A stretch of 61,695 bases of DNA, counting the filler. It is 8 parts of 8 records of this genome, joined end to end, with 100 filler letters (N's around TTAATTAATTAA, not from the genome) between each part and the next. Parts side by side here need not be neighbours in the genome. Positions count along the whole stretch, not along the records: positions 1 to 9,450 come from SRR31147125_24401; positions 9,551 to 20,676 come from SRR31147125_24474; 6 more parts are not named here. The stretch is one strand, 5' to 3'. This document shows positions 1-9,805 of this stretch, piece by piece. The notes beneath the pieces were generated by a model. That model saw only the letters and a program-made list of their open reading frames with translations. It made no database searches and was not told the DNA's origin. The stretch's first letter is position 1. Each line of letters opens with the position of its first letter. The position numbers and the translations under genes were made by a program.

Positions 1-243
1 TGCGCTACCACCATTAACATTGGTAATATCCTTGCCCAAGCTCTTCAGCATATCAGAAATACTCTCTAATTCATCTGCTTTTTCAAGCTTCTTTCTTATT
101 GCTTTACTAATTTTACTAATAGTTACCCCATGGTCTCCATCACCAAATTTTGAATCAATATCAGAAAACTCATCAATTCTCTTATCTAATAAATCACAGG
201 CAGCCAGTAACATTTTAGTAACATCATTTTTACTTAATTTCAT
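1..243 (-). CDS. dhaL: Dihydroxyacetone kinase subunit L (DAK2 domain), 3' end truncated by window edge; missed by ORF track
   Basis: Manual translation MKLSKNDVTKMLLAACDLLDKRIDEFSDIDSKFGDGDHGVT...NGGSA has the DhaL D-x(3)-GDGDHG motif; AAGGA RBS upstream of ATG at 243. Confidence 0.8.
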   Translation of the reverse strand, partial: MKLSKNDVTKMLLAACDLLDKRIDEFSDIDSKFGDGDHGVTISKISKAIRKKLEKADELESISDMLKSLGKDITNVNGGSA

Positions 244-335
244 AAATAGATCCTTCTTTTGACATTTGAAATTACATTTGTAACGTATTCATATCTACAG
301 ATTATCATATGTAATTACATTAGTCAAATATTCCT

Positions 336-371
336 AAAAAAAGGTGCACTTCATTAATATGAAATGCACCT
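336..371 (-). terminator. Rho-independent terminator after the SorC-type regulator
   Basis: Minus strand reads AGGTGCAtTTCAT-atta-ATGAAgTGCACC followed by a T-run. Confidence 0.7.
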
Positions 372-409
372 AATAGGTTGCTATGTAAGGGTTTAATTTT
401 TTTAAAAAA

Positions 410-1353
410 CTAAATTTTATTTTTCAATTGTATCGTTTCAAGTGCAATTTTCTCATCTACAAAGACATGAGTGAGTATTCCTGCATTGAGGGCTCCAAGT
501 AAATTTATAGCTGTTACATTGCATCTGCAGACCCCGATTACGACATCTACTTTCTTTAGTTCTTCAAGCCCAATTCTGCAGACCAAGTCATCCTTACTGG
601 CAATTATATTGCCATTTATATCATAATAATAAGATACCATATGTCCGACTGCATCTTTTAATTTCTTGCCGAAGCGTGAGGCTGTGGCAAGATCAGGAAC
701 AGATGGGTGGTTCTCAATATTTAAGATAGCAAAGAAAGGTTGTTCCAGATTTTTTCTATCTGCAGGTAGGTCTTGAATCCTTTGACATAGTCAAGTTCTT
801 CTTTATTCTCAAAAAAAGCCGGTGCTAGAATAAAGTGTGGATCCATGCCTGTAGCCGAACTGAATGCACGGCAGATTTCGTCTGTATGGTAGTTTTTGTT
901 CGCTGTTGCGGAGTTGCCAACCAGAGAGCAGACATTACCAGCTAGGCTTATACCTGCGTTGTCCATCATCTTCACTACATCACCAATCATATTCCCCCAG
1001 CTTATTCCTACGCTATCACCTTTTTTAAGGTTGTTTTTTATAAACTCAAATGATGACTTGACTATCATCTGTTCTGTCATGCTGATCGAGTTTACCCCTT
1101 TTATCAGCTGGCCTCCCTGAAGGTTGAATTGCTTTTTTAGCTGCTCAAATATATTATTATCATTCTCAAAGGGTGAATTAATTTTAATTTCTACGATTCC
1201 CAGATCTTTGGCTTCAGCAAGGTATTTACTGACAAGTGGTCTGGAGACGCCCAGAACCTTGGCTATTTGATTCTGATTCATACTGTCTTCATAATACATC
1301 CTGGAAACAGCTACCAGGTTGAGCATTTTATCTCTATTTGCTTTTTCGTTCAT
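410..1353 (-). CDS. SorC/DeoR-type sugar-binding transcriptional regulator, split by one frameshift near 731
   Basis: N-terminal HTH (YYEDSMNQNQIAKVLGVSRPLVSKYL) plus sugar-binding domain. Adding one T in CTTTCTTTGCT joins ORFs 721-1353 and 410-640 through NLSFAILNIENHPSVPDLATASRFG. Confidence 0.8.
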
Positions 1354-1808
1354 TAGTTACTTTTTTCCAAACTTGCAATACTTCAATCCTATCATAAATT
1401 AACTGACTCAAAGTATAGTCGCCAGCATGTTCAATTATAGTAAATTTCATTTTTTTCGAGCATTTTATTTGATCATGAAAAAAGATAATCTCTTTGATAT
1501 CTGTTTGGTATTAATCATGAAGATTGTAGTAGATATAAAATATTTTATAGTATATGATAAGATTTACAGTGAACTCTATTAATGTTAAGTGTAGGTGCGT
1601 CAGGGCATCAGTAGTCCTTGTATATAGCCACTTTCAGCGTGTATATATTATTTAAGAGTATTATGCTATTAAATAATAAAAACGTTAAGGCGCAAAAAAT
1701 AACACTCTGGTATAGTTAAATCAGTAAGTGTTTGTTAAAAGTTTGCTCAAATTAAAAAGAGTTTTCTTTTGTTGACGTGTGAAGTTAATCATTTTAGAGG
1801 AGAATACT

Positions 1809-2837
1809 ATGTGTAAGCGTTTGGTTTCATCAGCAAAATTATTGGTTCTTATGGTTCTTGTAGCTTTTACTTTCAGCATGGTTACAGGTACTGCTAATGC
1901 TGCTGATAAGAAGTTTAAAGTTGTTATACTTGTAAAGTCTATGGGTAACGGATTCTTCAATGCTTGTGCTGAAGGGGCAAAAGATGCGGCAAAAGAACTT
2001 GGCGATATGGAAATAGTTTATATGGGACCACCAGAAGTATCAGCTGAAGGTCAGATTGATATTATTGAAACTCTTATTGCGCAGCGAGTAGATGCGATTG
2101 CTGTATCAGCCAACGATAAAGATGCTCTTGTTCCTGTCTGTAAAAAAGCTATGAAGCGTGGTATCAAGGTTATTTCATTTGATTCTGGTATTAGTAAGAA
2201 AGGTCGTATGGTTGACCTCCTGCCAAGTAATGCTACCCTTGTAGGTAGACAGCAGGTGCAGATTATTTCAAAGCTGATGGGTGGTAAAGGTGAATTTGCG
2301 ATAGTGTCAGAGACATCCCAGACAACAAACCAGAATATCTGGATTGAAAAGATGAAGAATGAGCTTAAGCGTGATCCTAAATTCAAAGACGTCAAACTTC
2401 TAGAAGTTGTATATGGTGACGCTCTTGCTGATAAGTCATATCGTGAAGCAGTAGGCCTTTTTAATAAGTATCCTAACCTAAAAGGTATTACATCACCTAC
2501 AACTGTTGGTCTATTGGCTTGTGCTAAAGCTATTGAAGATTATGATAAAAAAGGTGTTGTTGAGCTTACAGGTCTTGGGCTTCCTTCAGAGATGCAGCAT
2601 TATATCGAGAACGGCGTATGTAAAGAGATGGCTCTCTGGAATCCTGTAGACCTTGGTTACAGCGCTGCCTATATCTGCGAAGCACTTCTTACTGATAAAA
2701 TAACTGGTAAAGACGGTGATGTTATTAACGCTGGACGTATGGGTGAGATAAAAGTTGGTAAAGATGGTGTTGCAATTATGGGTATGCCATTTATCTTCGA
2801 TAAGAGTAATGTTGCAGAATATGCCAAAATTTTCTAA
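1809..2837 (+). CDS. rhaS: Rhamnose ABC transporter substrate-binding protein
   Basis: Signal peptide, LVKSMGNGFF, QNIWIE and LWNPVDLGY motifs; GAGGAG RBS before ATG at 1809; first gene of the rha operon. Confidence 0.85.
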   Translation: MCKRLVSSAKLLVLMVLVAFTFSMVTGTANAADKKFKVVILVKSMGNGFFNACAEGAKDAAKELGDMEIVYMGPPEVSAEGQIDIIETLIAQRVDAIAVSANDKDALVPVCKKAMKRGIKVISFDSGISKKGRMVDLLPSNATLVGRQQVQIISKLMGGKGEFAIVSETSQTTNQNIWIEKMKNELKRDPKFKDVKLLEVVYGDALADKSYREAVGLFNKYPNLKGITSPTTVGLLACAKAIEDYDKKGVVELTGLGLPSEMQHYIENGVCKEMALWNPVDLGYSAAYICEALLTDKITGKDGDVINAGRMGEIKVGKDGVAIMGMPFIFDKSNVAEYAKIF

Positions 2838-2869
2838 ATAGATAAAGAACTTGTTTGAGGTTTACCCAC

Positions 2870-2927
2870 ACTCGTTGGCGTGTATTGAAAGTGAAGTTTT
2901 ACCCTATAGCGGTATGCGCCGACGGGT
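2870..2927 (+). other. Intergenic RNA stem-loop between the binding-protein and ATPase genes
   Basis: 18-bp stem 2870-2887/2910-2927 with six G-U pairs, fully paired only on the + strand. Confidence 0.6.
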
Positions 2928-3025
2928 TAATAAAAATAAATTATTGTTAAGTTACAATATGATTCAAACTCAAATTGAAAATAAGCCTAATAAAATTTAT
3001 ACAATAACATTAGGAGGTAATATAT

Positions 3026-4543
3026 TTGGATAAGCAACCTGTATTGGAGCTCAAGGAGATATCAAAGTTTTTCCCAGGTATCAAGGCTCTGGACGACATT
3101 GATTTTAAAGCTCGAAAAGGTGAAGTGCATGCACTCATTGGTGAGAACGGAGCGGGAAAGTCAACACTTGTAAAAGTAATAACCGGTGTACATCAGCCAA
3201 CCAGCGGTAAAATTATTCTTGATGGTAAAGAGATGTACTTTGAGACTGTGCAGGATGCACAGGCGGCTGGTATTACTGCTATTCACCAGGAAGCCAGCAT
3301 GTTCCCTGAGTTGTCGGTAGCGGAAAATATTTATATGGGGCATCACATAAAGCGTGGTGGAAAGATGTCGCCACTCAACTGGAAAGAGATGCGTAAGTGT
3401 ACTAGAGAGCTTCTCGGGAAACTAGAACTTGATATTGCTCCTGAAGCGTTAGTGAAAAACCTTAGTGTGGCGCAGCGTCATATGATTGAGATCGCTAAAG
3501 CACTCTCTATTGATGCTCAGGTTATTATTATGGATGAACCGACATCTGCCCTGAGTCTGCATGAAGTTGAAGAGCTGTATAAGATTGTCCGTCAGCTTAA
3601 AGCTGAGAATAAAGCTATTATCTTTATCTCTCATAAGTTTGAAGAAATCTTTGATATCTGTGATTATTTTACTGTCATGCGGGATGGTAAATATGTCGGT
3701 GAAGGATCAATTGCAGAGTCTAGTGTAGACACGATTGTTGAGATGATGGTCGGTAGATCTCTTGACCAGATGTACCCTAAGGTTGAGACAGAGATCGGTG
3801 AGTCTGCACTTGAAGTAAGTGGTCTTTCAAGAGCTGGTTTTTTTAGAGATATCTCTTTCAACCTGCATAAAGGGGAGATTCTTGGTTTCTTCGGGCTTGT
3901 CGGTGCTGGAAGGTCTGAAGTTATGCGGGCAATATTTGGGATTGATAAGTATGATTCCGGTTCGGTAAAACTCTGGGGTAATGAGGTCTGTATTAAAGAT
4001 GCAAAGACGGCTATGAAGCATAAAATAGCATACATTCCAGAAGACAGGCAGAATCAGGGCGCTATACTCAAGATGAATATCAGTCAGAATATTACTCTTG
4101 CTCTTCTGGATGAAATGTGCAAATTCGGTGTTTTACAGAAGAAGAAAGAGAAGAGAGTTTCAGAGCGGTTTTCTCGTAAGATGGAAGTTCGCTCAGCTGG
4201 GCTGCATGTTGAAGTTGATACACTCAGCGGGGGAAATCAGCAGAAGGTGGTGCTGGCAAAGTGGCTGGCTACTCAACCGAAAATTCTGATTCTTGATGAG
4301 CCAACCAAGGGTGTCGATGTCGGTACTAAGGCCAAAGTGCATGAGTTTGTATCCGAGCTTGCATCACAGGGGCTGGCAGTTATTCTTGTTTCATCAGAGC
4401 TTCCTGAGATACTTGGTATGAGTGATAGAGTGGTGGTTATGCATGAGGGGATAAAGACAGCTGAGTTCAGTCGTGAAGAGGCAAATTCTGAAAATATTAT
4501 TAAGGCTGCTGTCAGTACTGATGAAGTTCTAGCTCAGGCATAA
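3026..4543 (+). CDS. rhaT: Sugar (rhamnose) ABC transporter ATP-binding protein, two ABC domains
   Basis: Walker A GENGAGKS, DEPT, LSGGNQQK; TTG start with GGAGG RBS. Confidence 0.9.
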   Translation: MDKQPVLELKEISKFFPGIKALDDIDFKARKGEVHALIGENGAGKSTLVKVITGVHQPTSGKIILDGKEMYFETVQDAQAAGITAIHQEASMFPELSVAENIYMGHHIKRGGKMSPLNWKEMRKCTRELLGKLELDIAPEALVKNLSVAQRHMIEIAKALSIDAQVIIMDEPTSALSLHEVEELYKIVRQLKAENKAIIFISHKFEEIFDICDYFTVMRDGKYVGEGSIAESSVDTIVEMMVGRSLDQMYPKVETEIGESALEVSGLSRAGFFRDISFNLHKGEILGFFGLVGAGRSEVMRAIFGIDKYDSGSVKLWGNEVCIKDAKTAMKHKIAYIPEDRQNQGAILKMNISQNITLALLDEMCKFGVLQKKKEKRVSERFSRKMEVRSAGLHVEVDTLSGGNQQKVVLAKWLATQPKILILDEPTKGVDVGTKAKVHEFVSELASQGLAVILVSSELPEILGMSDRVVVMHEGIKTAEFSREEANSENIIKAAVSTDEVLAQA

Positions 4544-4564
4544 TTTATTGGAGATAGTTCTATA

Positions 4565-5548
4565 ATGAAAAAAATCAATGCATTATTAAAAAATAGAGAA
4601 GCAATGCTGCTGGGGTTGATTATTATGGCGATGGTCGTTATGACTGTTATCATGCCGAGATTCTTCAGTATAAATAATTTTTCTAATATTCTTGCTGACA
4701 GTTCGATTCTTATTATTGTTGCTCTGGGGCAGTTTCTGGTTATTCTGACCGGTGGTATCGATCTCTCTGTCGGGTCAATAATTGCGTTTTGCGGGATGCT
4801 TGGAGCTCTTATAAATATGAATTACCCCGAGCTTCACCCGGTGTGGTGTCTGGTTGCAGGGAGTGCAACAGGGGCAGGGCTTGGGCTCTTCAATGGGATC
4901 TTGGTTGCATATGGAGGTATTCCTGCGATTATCGTGACTCTAGGGTCGCTCGGTATATTTAGAGGCTTTACTTTTATTCTCAGTAAAGGACAGTGGGTGA
5001 CTGCGCATGAAATGACTCCGGGGTTTACAGCTTTACCACATGGCAACCTTCTTGGGGTACCTAATATTATTCTTTTTGCAGTTATTACCTGTCTTGCAAT
5101 ATTCTACTTTATTAATTATACCAGAACAGGTCGTGAGTTGTATGCTATTGGTGGTAATAAATCTGCTGCGGTTCTTGTGGGTATCAAAGAGGAGAGACTG
5201 CAGGTGCTTATCTTTGTTATCTGTGGACTTGTTAGTGGTTTTGCGGGAGTGCTCTGGGCTGCACGTTACGCAGCAGCAGTCAACGAAATGGCTGTAGGGT
5301 TTGAGCTGATGACTGTAGCGGCATGTGTACTCGGTGGGGTCAGTATTTCAGGTGGAAGCGGTCTGGTTAGCGGAGTTATTCTAGGTGCGCTCTTCATGGG
5401 GCTGCTCAATAACTCGCTTACTATGATGAAAAATATGGCCTTTTATCAGATGTTTATGCAGGGTATGGTGGTTATTGTGGCAATGGTGTTCAATGAACTT
5501 ATGGCAAGGAGCACTGGTAAGGTAGTGCTCAACAGGAGGCTGAAATAG
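4565..5548 (+). CDS. rhaP: Rhamnose ABC transporter permease
   Basis: Hydrophobic; GGIDLSVGS and GRELYAIGGN motifs of RbsC-type permeases. Confidence 0.85.
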   Translation: MKKINALLKNREAMLLGLIIMAMVVMTVIMPRFFSINNFSNILADSSILIIVALGQFLVILTGGIDLSVGSIIAFCGMLGALINMNYPELHPVWCLVAGSATGAGLGLFNGILVAYGGIPAIIVTLGSLGIFRGFTFILSKGQWVTAHEMTPGFTALPHGNLLGVPNIILFAVITCLAIFYFINYTRTGRELYAIGGNKSAAVLVGIKEERLQVLIFVICGLVSGFAGVLWAARYAAAVNEMAVGFELMTVAACVLGGVSISGGSGLVSGVILGALFMGLLNNSLTMMKNMAFYQMFMQGMVVIVAMVFNELMARSTGKVVLNRRLK

Positions 5549-5549
5549 A

Positions 5550-6620
5550 ATGAACAATACTAAGACTGCTAATACTGCTGCTGAAGCACTGGTAAGTCAG
5601 AGCAGGCTGATAGCGGAGGATTCTCTCAAGGAGCGCATTATACGTTTGCTGACGACTTGGGAGGCAATTCTCGGGGTTATATTCTGTGCTGTATTTATTT
5701 ATTTTTCAATGGCTACTCCGTACTTCTTTGACTCATTTAATTTACTCAATGCCTCATTCAGCTTTGCTGAAAAATCAATTCTGGCTCTCTCAATGGTCTT
5801 TGTTATCATCTGTGGCGATATTGATATCTCTGTAGCTTCTATTATTGCACTTAGTTCAATGGTGATAGGATATATGGCGAGTATTGGTGCTGATACCTGG
5901 GTTATGGTTACTGCCGGTTTGATGGTTGGTATGGCTGCTGGCGCTTTTAACGGTTTACTTATAACTATGGTCGGCATTCCGGCAATTGCTATAACACTTG
6001 GGACGCAGTCCGTATTTAGAGGTATCTGCCAGATTGTGCTCAAGAATAAAGCGTACACTGAATTCAATGAAGAATTCTCATACTTCGGACAGGGTTATAT
6101 CGGTGAGAGTGATGTGCCGTTTGAATTGATTCTGTATGTCTTTTTGGTAGCCATAATAGGGTTTATACTGCACTTCACCGGTTATGGTAGAAAATTGTAT
6201 GCTATCGGTAACTGTACATCAACAGCTGTCTTCTCAGGGATCAAAGTGCAGCGAATCAGATTTATCAATTTTACTCTCAATGGCCTATTTGCCGGTATAG
6301 TGGCTGTTCTGCTTACATCACGTATCAGTAGTGCCAGACCGAATATGGCTATGGGGTGGGAGCTTGATTCTATTACACTTGTCATTCTCGGTGGCGTATC
6401 AATCATGGGAGGTAGAGGTAATATCATTGGGGTTCTTATTGCCAGTTTTTTACTTGGGTATCTGAAGTACGGTATGGGAATCATGAGTATCTCTGGTAAG
6501 GTGATGATTATTACTACTGGGTTCTTGCTCGTCGCTGCTGTATTCTTGCCTGGGCTTCTTGATAAGCTTAAAGAAGCGAGGAAATTGCGGAAACAGCAGG
6601 CAGAGTTATCAAAGGAATAA
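5550..6620 (+). CDS. rhaQ: Rhamnose ABC transporter permease
   Basis: Hydrophobic; GDIDISVAS, GRKLYAIGN and GWELDSIT motifs. Confidence 0.85.
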   Translation: MNNTKTANTAAEALVSQSRLIAEDSLKERIIRLLTTWEAILGVIFCAVFIYFSMATPYFFDSFNLLNASFSFAEKSILALSMVFVIICGDIDISVASIIALSSMVIGYMASIGADTWVMVTAGLMVGMAAGAFNGLLITMVGIPAIAITLGTQSVFRGICQIVLKNKAYTEFNEEFSYFGQGYIGESDVPFELILYVFLVAIIGFILHFTGYGRKLYAIGNCTSTAVFSGIKVQRIRFINFTLNGLFAGIVAVLLTSRISSARPNMAMGWELDSITLVILGGVSIMGGRGNIIGVLIASFLLGYLKYGMGIMSISGKVMIITTGFLLVAAVFLPGLLDKLKEARKLRKQQAELSKE

Positions 6621-6629
6621 AGGTTTCTT

Positions 6630-6944
6630 ATGATTAGAAAAGCATTTGTAATGAGTGTTAACCGAGGGTGTGAAGAAGAATATATAAAGCGTCACAACCC
6701 GATTACTACAGAGCTCGAGGCAGTACTCAAGGAGCATGGGGCAAGTAATTACAGTATCTATCTTGATAGAGAGACTGGTACACTGTTCGGGTATGTTGAG
6801 ATAGCTTCATTAGAATTGTGGGAGGAAATAGCCAGTACTGCAGCATGTCAATCGTGGTGGAGGTATATGAGGGATGTCATGCCTGCCAATTCGGATAACT
6901 CACCGGTAGCCAGTGAGCTGGAAGAGGTTTTTCACTTAGAATAA
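6630..6944 (+). CDS. rhaM: L-rhamnose mutarotase
   Basis: [10 protein letters not shown]...EEYIKRH...NYSIYL...WWRYM...EVFHL; 104 aa. Confidence 0.92.
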   Translation: MIRKAFVMSVNRGCEEEYIKRHNPITTELEAVLKEHGASNYSIYLDRETGTLFGYVEIASLELWEEIASTAACQSWWRYMRDVMPANSDNSPVASELEEVFHLE

Positions 6945-6975
6945 TTCAAAAATATAATAATAAAAATAGGAGTTC

Positions 6976-8232
6976 ATGATGTCTGGAATCGAAAGAGCAT
7001 TCGCAGATGCTAAGGATCGCTACGCACTTTTTGGAGTAGATGTAGAAAAAGCGATGCAGCGGGTTGAGAAAATTGCTGTCTCAATGCATTGCTGGCAGGG
7101 TGATGATGTGACAGGTTTTGAAGTGGCTGAAGGGAATCATGGTGGAATCTTTACTACTGGTTGTTATCCAGGAAAAGCTAGTACACCTGCAGAGTTGAGA
7201 GGGGATATTGAGAAGGCTTTCTCGCTCATACCCGGTAAGCATAAGTTAAATCTGCATGCAATCTATGCAGAGACTGAAGGAGAGAAAGTTGAGCGGAATG
7301 AGATCTCTGCAAAACATTTTACCGGCTGGGTTGAGTGGGCTAAGAACCTTGGGGTAGGTCTTGATTATAACCCTACATATTTTGCACACCCAATGGCAAA
7401 CACCAATATGACTCTTGCAGACCCTTCGCAGGAGATACGGGATTACTGGATTGAGCATGGAATCAAGTCACGAGAAGTTACTGCATACTTTGGGGATACT
7501 CTCGGGGTTACCTCGGTGATGAATAACTGGATTGCTGATGGTTTTAAGGATACACCTGTGGACAGGCTTACTCCTCGCATCAGACTCAAAGATTCACTCG
7601 ATAAGATTTTTGCGAAAGATCTCTCTGCGTCGAACATGCGTGAGGCTGTGGAGTGTAAACTGTTCGGGATTGGTACTGAGTCATATGTTGTTGGGTCGCA
7701 TGAGTTTTATATGGGGTATGCGCAGGAAAAGAAGAAACTTCTCTGTCTTGATGCAGGGCATTTTCACCCAACTGAGTGCATTGATGATAAATTGAGTTCC
7801 TGTCTTTTATATCTTGATGAAGTATTGCTTCATGTCAGTAGAGGGGTGCGCTGGGATAGTGACCACATTATAAGTCTCAATGATGAACTGAAGAGTATTG
7901 CTAATGAAATTATTACAGGTGGATTTGAAGATAGGGTCTACATTGGACTTGATTTCTTTGATGCCAGTGTCAACCGTATAGGTGCGTGGGTGATCGGCAT
8001 GCGTAATATGCTCAAGGCGTTGCTGATAGCGGCATTGATGCCTACTGCGAGAATGAAAGAAGTCGAACTGGAAATGAACTTTACTGAAAGACTTGCATTG
8101 CAGGAAGAGGTGAAGAGTATGCCGTTTGCTGCTGTGTGGGATATGTATTGCGTAAAAAACAATGTGCCTGTGGGTATGGATTGGTTTGCTGAAGTGAAGG
8201 AATATGAAGAGTCCGTACTGTCAAAACGATAG
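6976..8232 (+). CDS. rhaA: L-rhamnose isomerase
   Basis: SMHCWQGDDVTGFE, KLFGIGTESY, DAGHFHPTE and HVSRGVRWDSDH motifs. Confidence 0.95.
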   Translation: MMSGIERAFADAKDRYALFGVDVEKAMQRVEKIAVSMHCWQGDDVTGFEVAEGNHGGIFTTGCYPGKASTPAELRGDIEKAFSLIPGKHKLNLHAIYAETEGEKVERNEISAKHFTGWVEWAKNLGVGLDYNPTYFAHPMANTNMTLADPSQEIRDYWIEHGIKSREVTAYFGDTLGVTSVMNNWIADGFKDTPVDRLTPRIRLKDSLDKIFAKDLSASNMREAVECKLFGIGTESYVVGSHEFYMGYAQEKKKLLCLDAGHFHPTECIDDKLSSCLLYLDEVLLHVSRGVRWDSDHIISLNDELKSIANEIITGGFEDRVYIGLDFFDASVNRIGAWVIGMRNMLKALLIAALMPTARMKEVELEMNFTERLALQEEVKSMPFAAVWDMYCVKNNVPVGMDWFAEVKEYEESVLSKR

Positions 8233-8240
8233 AAATAATA

Positions 8241-9065
8241 ATGAGGAAAGAACAGATGAAAACAATGAATGTCAGTGAGGCAGTGCTGGAGCAGATTGAG
8301 AAGGCTTCGGAAGTTGCCCTGATTTTATGGGAGCGTGAGTGGGCTGAGAGAAATGGCGGGAATCTTTCGATCAATCTTACTCAGGAAGTCGGTGAGTTGC
8401 CTGATAATATGGATGGTTATGTCTTTGTGGATATGGCTGGGGTGTCTAGCAGTGCGGCTGGTATGAGTTTCTTTATTACCGGAACAGGCAAGCGTATGCG
8501 TGACCTTCGTGATCCGCAGACAGCGGCTTGTATTATTACCTTTAACTCTGCTGCGACAGGATATTATATTATTTGGGGTGGAAATGATGATGACACCTTT
8601 AGACCGAGTTGTGAGTTACTACCGCATGTGAAGATGCATCTTGAGCTTATTAGTAGTGGTAGTAAGTATAAGGTTGTGCTCCATACTCATCCGATTGAAC
8701 TTATTGCGTTGTCACATCATCCGGTTGTCGGCTCTGATGAAAAGTTGTTCAACAGGTCTCTCTGGTCTATGCTGCCTGAGGTCAGGGTATATGTGCCGCA
8801 GGGTGTGGGGATGTGTCATTATGCAGCTCCCGGTTCGGATGAGTTGGCTGATCTTACTGTGAAGAAGCTTGAGCAAAATGATGTGGCGATCTGGCATATG
8901 CATGGTGCTGTGGCTGCGGGTCTGGATGCTGCAATGGCTTTTGACTTTATTGATGTTGCAAATAAAGGTGCAAAGATATATCTGACCTGTCTGTCCAGCG
9001 GGTTTGTGCCTGCGGGGATGAGTGATGAGCAGTTGGAAGAGTTGGAAGAGATCTTCTTGAAATAA
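8241..9065 (+). CDS. rhaD: Rhamnulose-1-phosphate aldolase
   Basis: WAERNGGNLS, LHTHP and WHMHG class II aldolase motifs; follows rhaA. Confidence 0.9.
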   Translation: MRKEQMKTMNVSEAVLEQIEKASEVALILWEREWAERNGGNLSINLTQEVGELPDNMDGYVFVDMAGVSSSAAGMSFFITGTGKRMRDLRDPQTAACIITFNSAATGYYIIWGGNDDDTFRPSCELLPHVKMHLELISSGSKYKVVLHTHPIELIALSHHPVVGSDEKLFNRSLWSMLPEVRVYVPQGVGMCHYAAPGSDELADLTVKKLEQNDVAIWHMHGAVAAGLDAAMAFDFIDVANKGAKIYLTCLSSGFVPAGMSDEQLEELEEIFLK

Positions 9066-9080
9066 TTGAGGGAAGAGACA

Positions 9081-9450
9081 ATGATTGTAGTTCTGGATAT
9101 TGGGAAGACCAATAAGAAAATTATACTCTTTGATGAGCAGTTGGTGGCTGTTAAAAAAATTACCGCAGTATTTTCTGAGTATGAAGAAGGCGGGATACGC
9201 TATGAGCAGCCTGAAGAGATATTATCATGGTTTCTGCAGAATCTAAAAGTGTTGGCAGCAGAGTATACAATAACGGATATCTCTGTTACGACTCATGGGG
9301 CAAGTATTGTCTGCTTAGGTGAAGATGATGAACTTGCTCTGCCACCGGTAGCCTATACGACTGATGCCGGGAAAGAATTTGATGATGATTTCTACCAGAG
9401 GTTTGGAAGTAGCGCAGAGCTGCAGGTTGAGACTGCGACTGCTCCGGTAG
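9081..9450 (+). CDS. FGGY-family carbohydrate kinase (probable rhamnulokinase), truncated at contig end
   Basis: VVLDIGKTNKK phosphate-1 motif, ISVTTHGAS; last gene of the rha operon. Confidence 0.75.
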
Positions 9451-9550
9451 NNNNNNNNNNNNNNNNNNNNNNNNNNNNNNNNNNNNNNNNNNNNTTAATT
9501 AATTAANNNNNNNNNNNNNNNNNNNNNNNNNNNNNNNNNNNNNNNNNNNN
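9451..9550. other. Artificial contig spacer; identical spacers at 20677-20776, 25901-26000, 32872-32971, 43614-43713, 49250-49349 and 54719-54818
   Basis: 100-nt N-run with central TTAATTAATTAA (stops in all six frames); composition and gene content change abruptly across each one. Confidence 0.98.
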
Positions 9551-9805
9551 TATTGATTGATAAATTGACTTTATTTACAGCCTGTGCTATCAGAAAATAT
9601 TCTGATAGCGAAGATTAACAGCATAAAGAATTAAAAGAAATAAAATAACAAATAAATATAGATATGCAAATAAAAAAGAAGCTGTACTTTTAAACCTGTA
9701 TTATATAATTGAGAAGTTGCCTTGTTATATGTAATGTATGTTGACATTATAGGACTGTATTAGTACTATAAAAGTGAATTAAGAAGCAACTTAAAGAACA
9801 ACTTA

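Noticed and set aside
9451-9550. Recurrent TTAATTAATTAA palindrome within N-runs (7 copies) and ORFs ending in XXXLIN
   Set aside because: Artificial linker joining contigs; not biological, and no linkage across it can be inferred.
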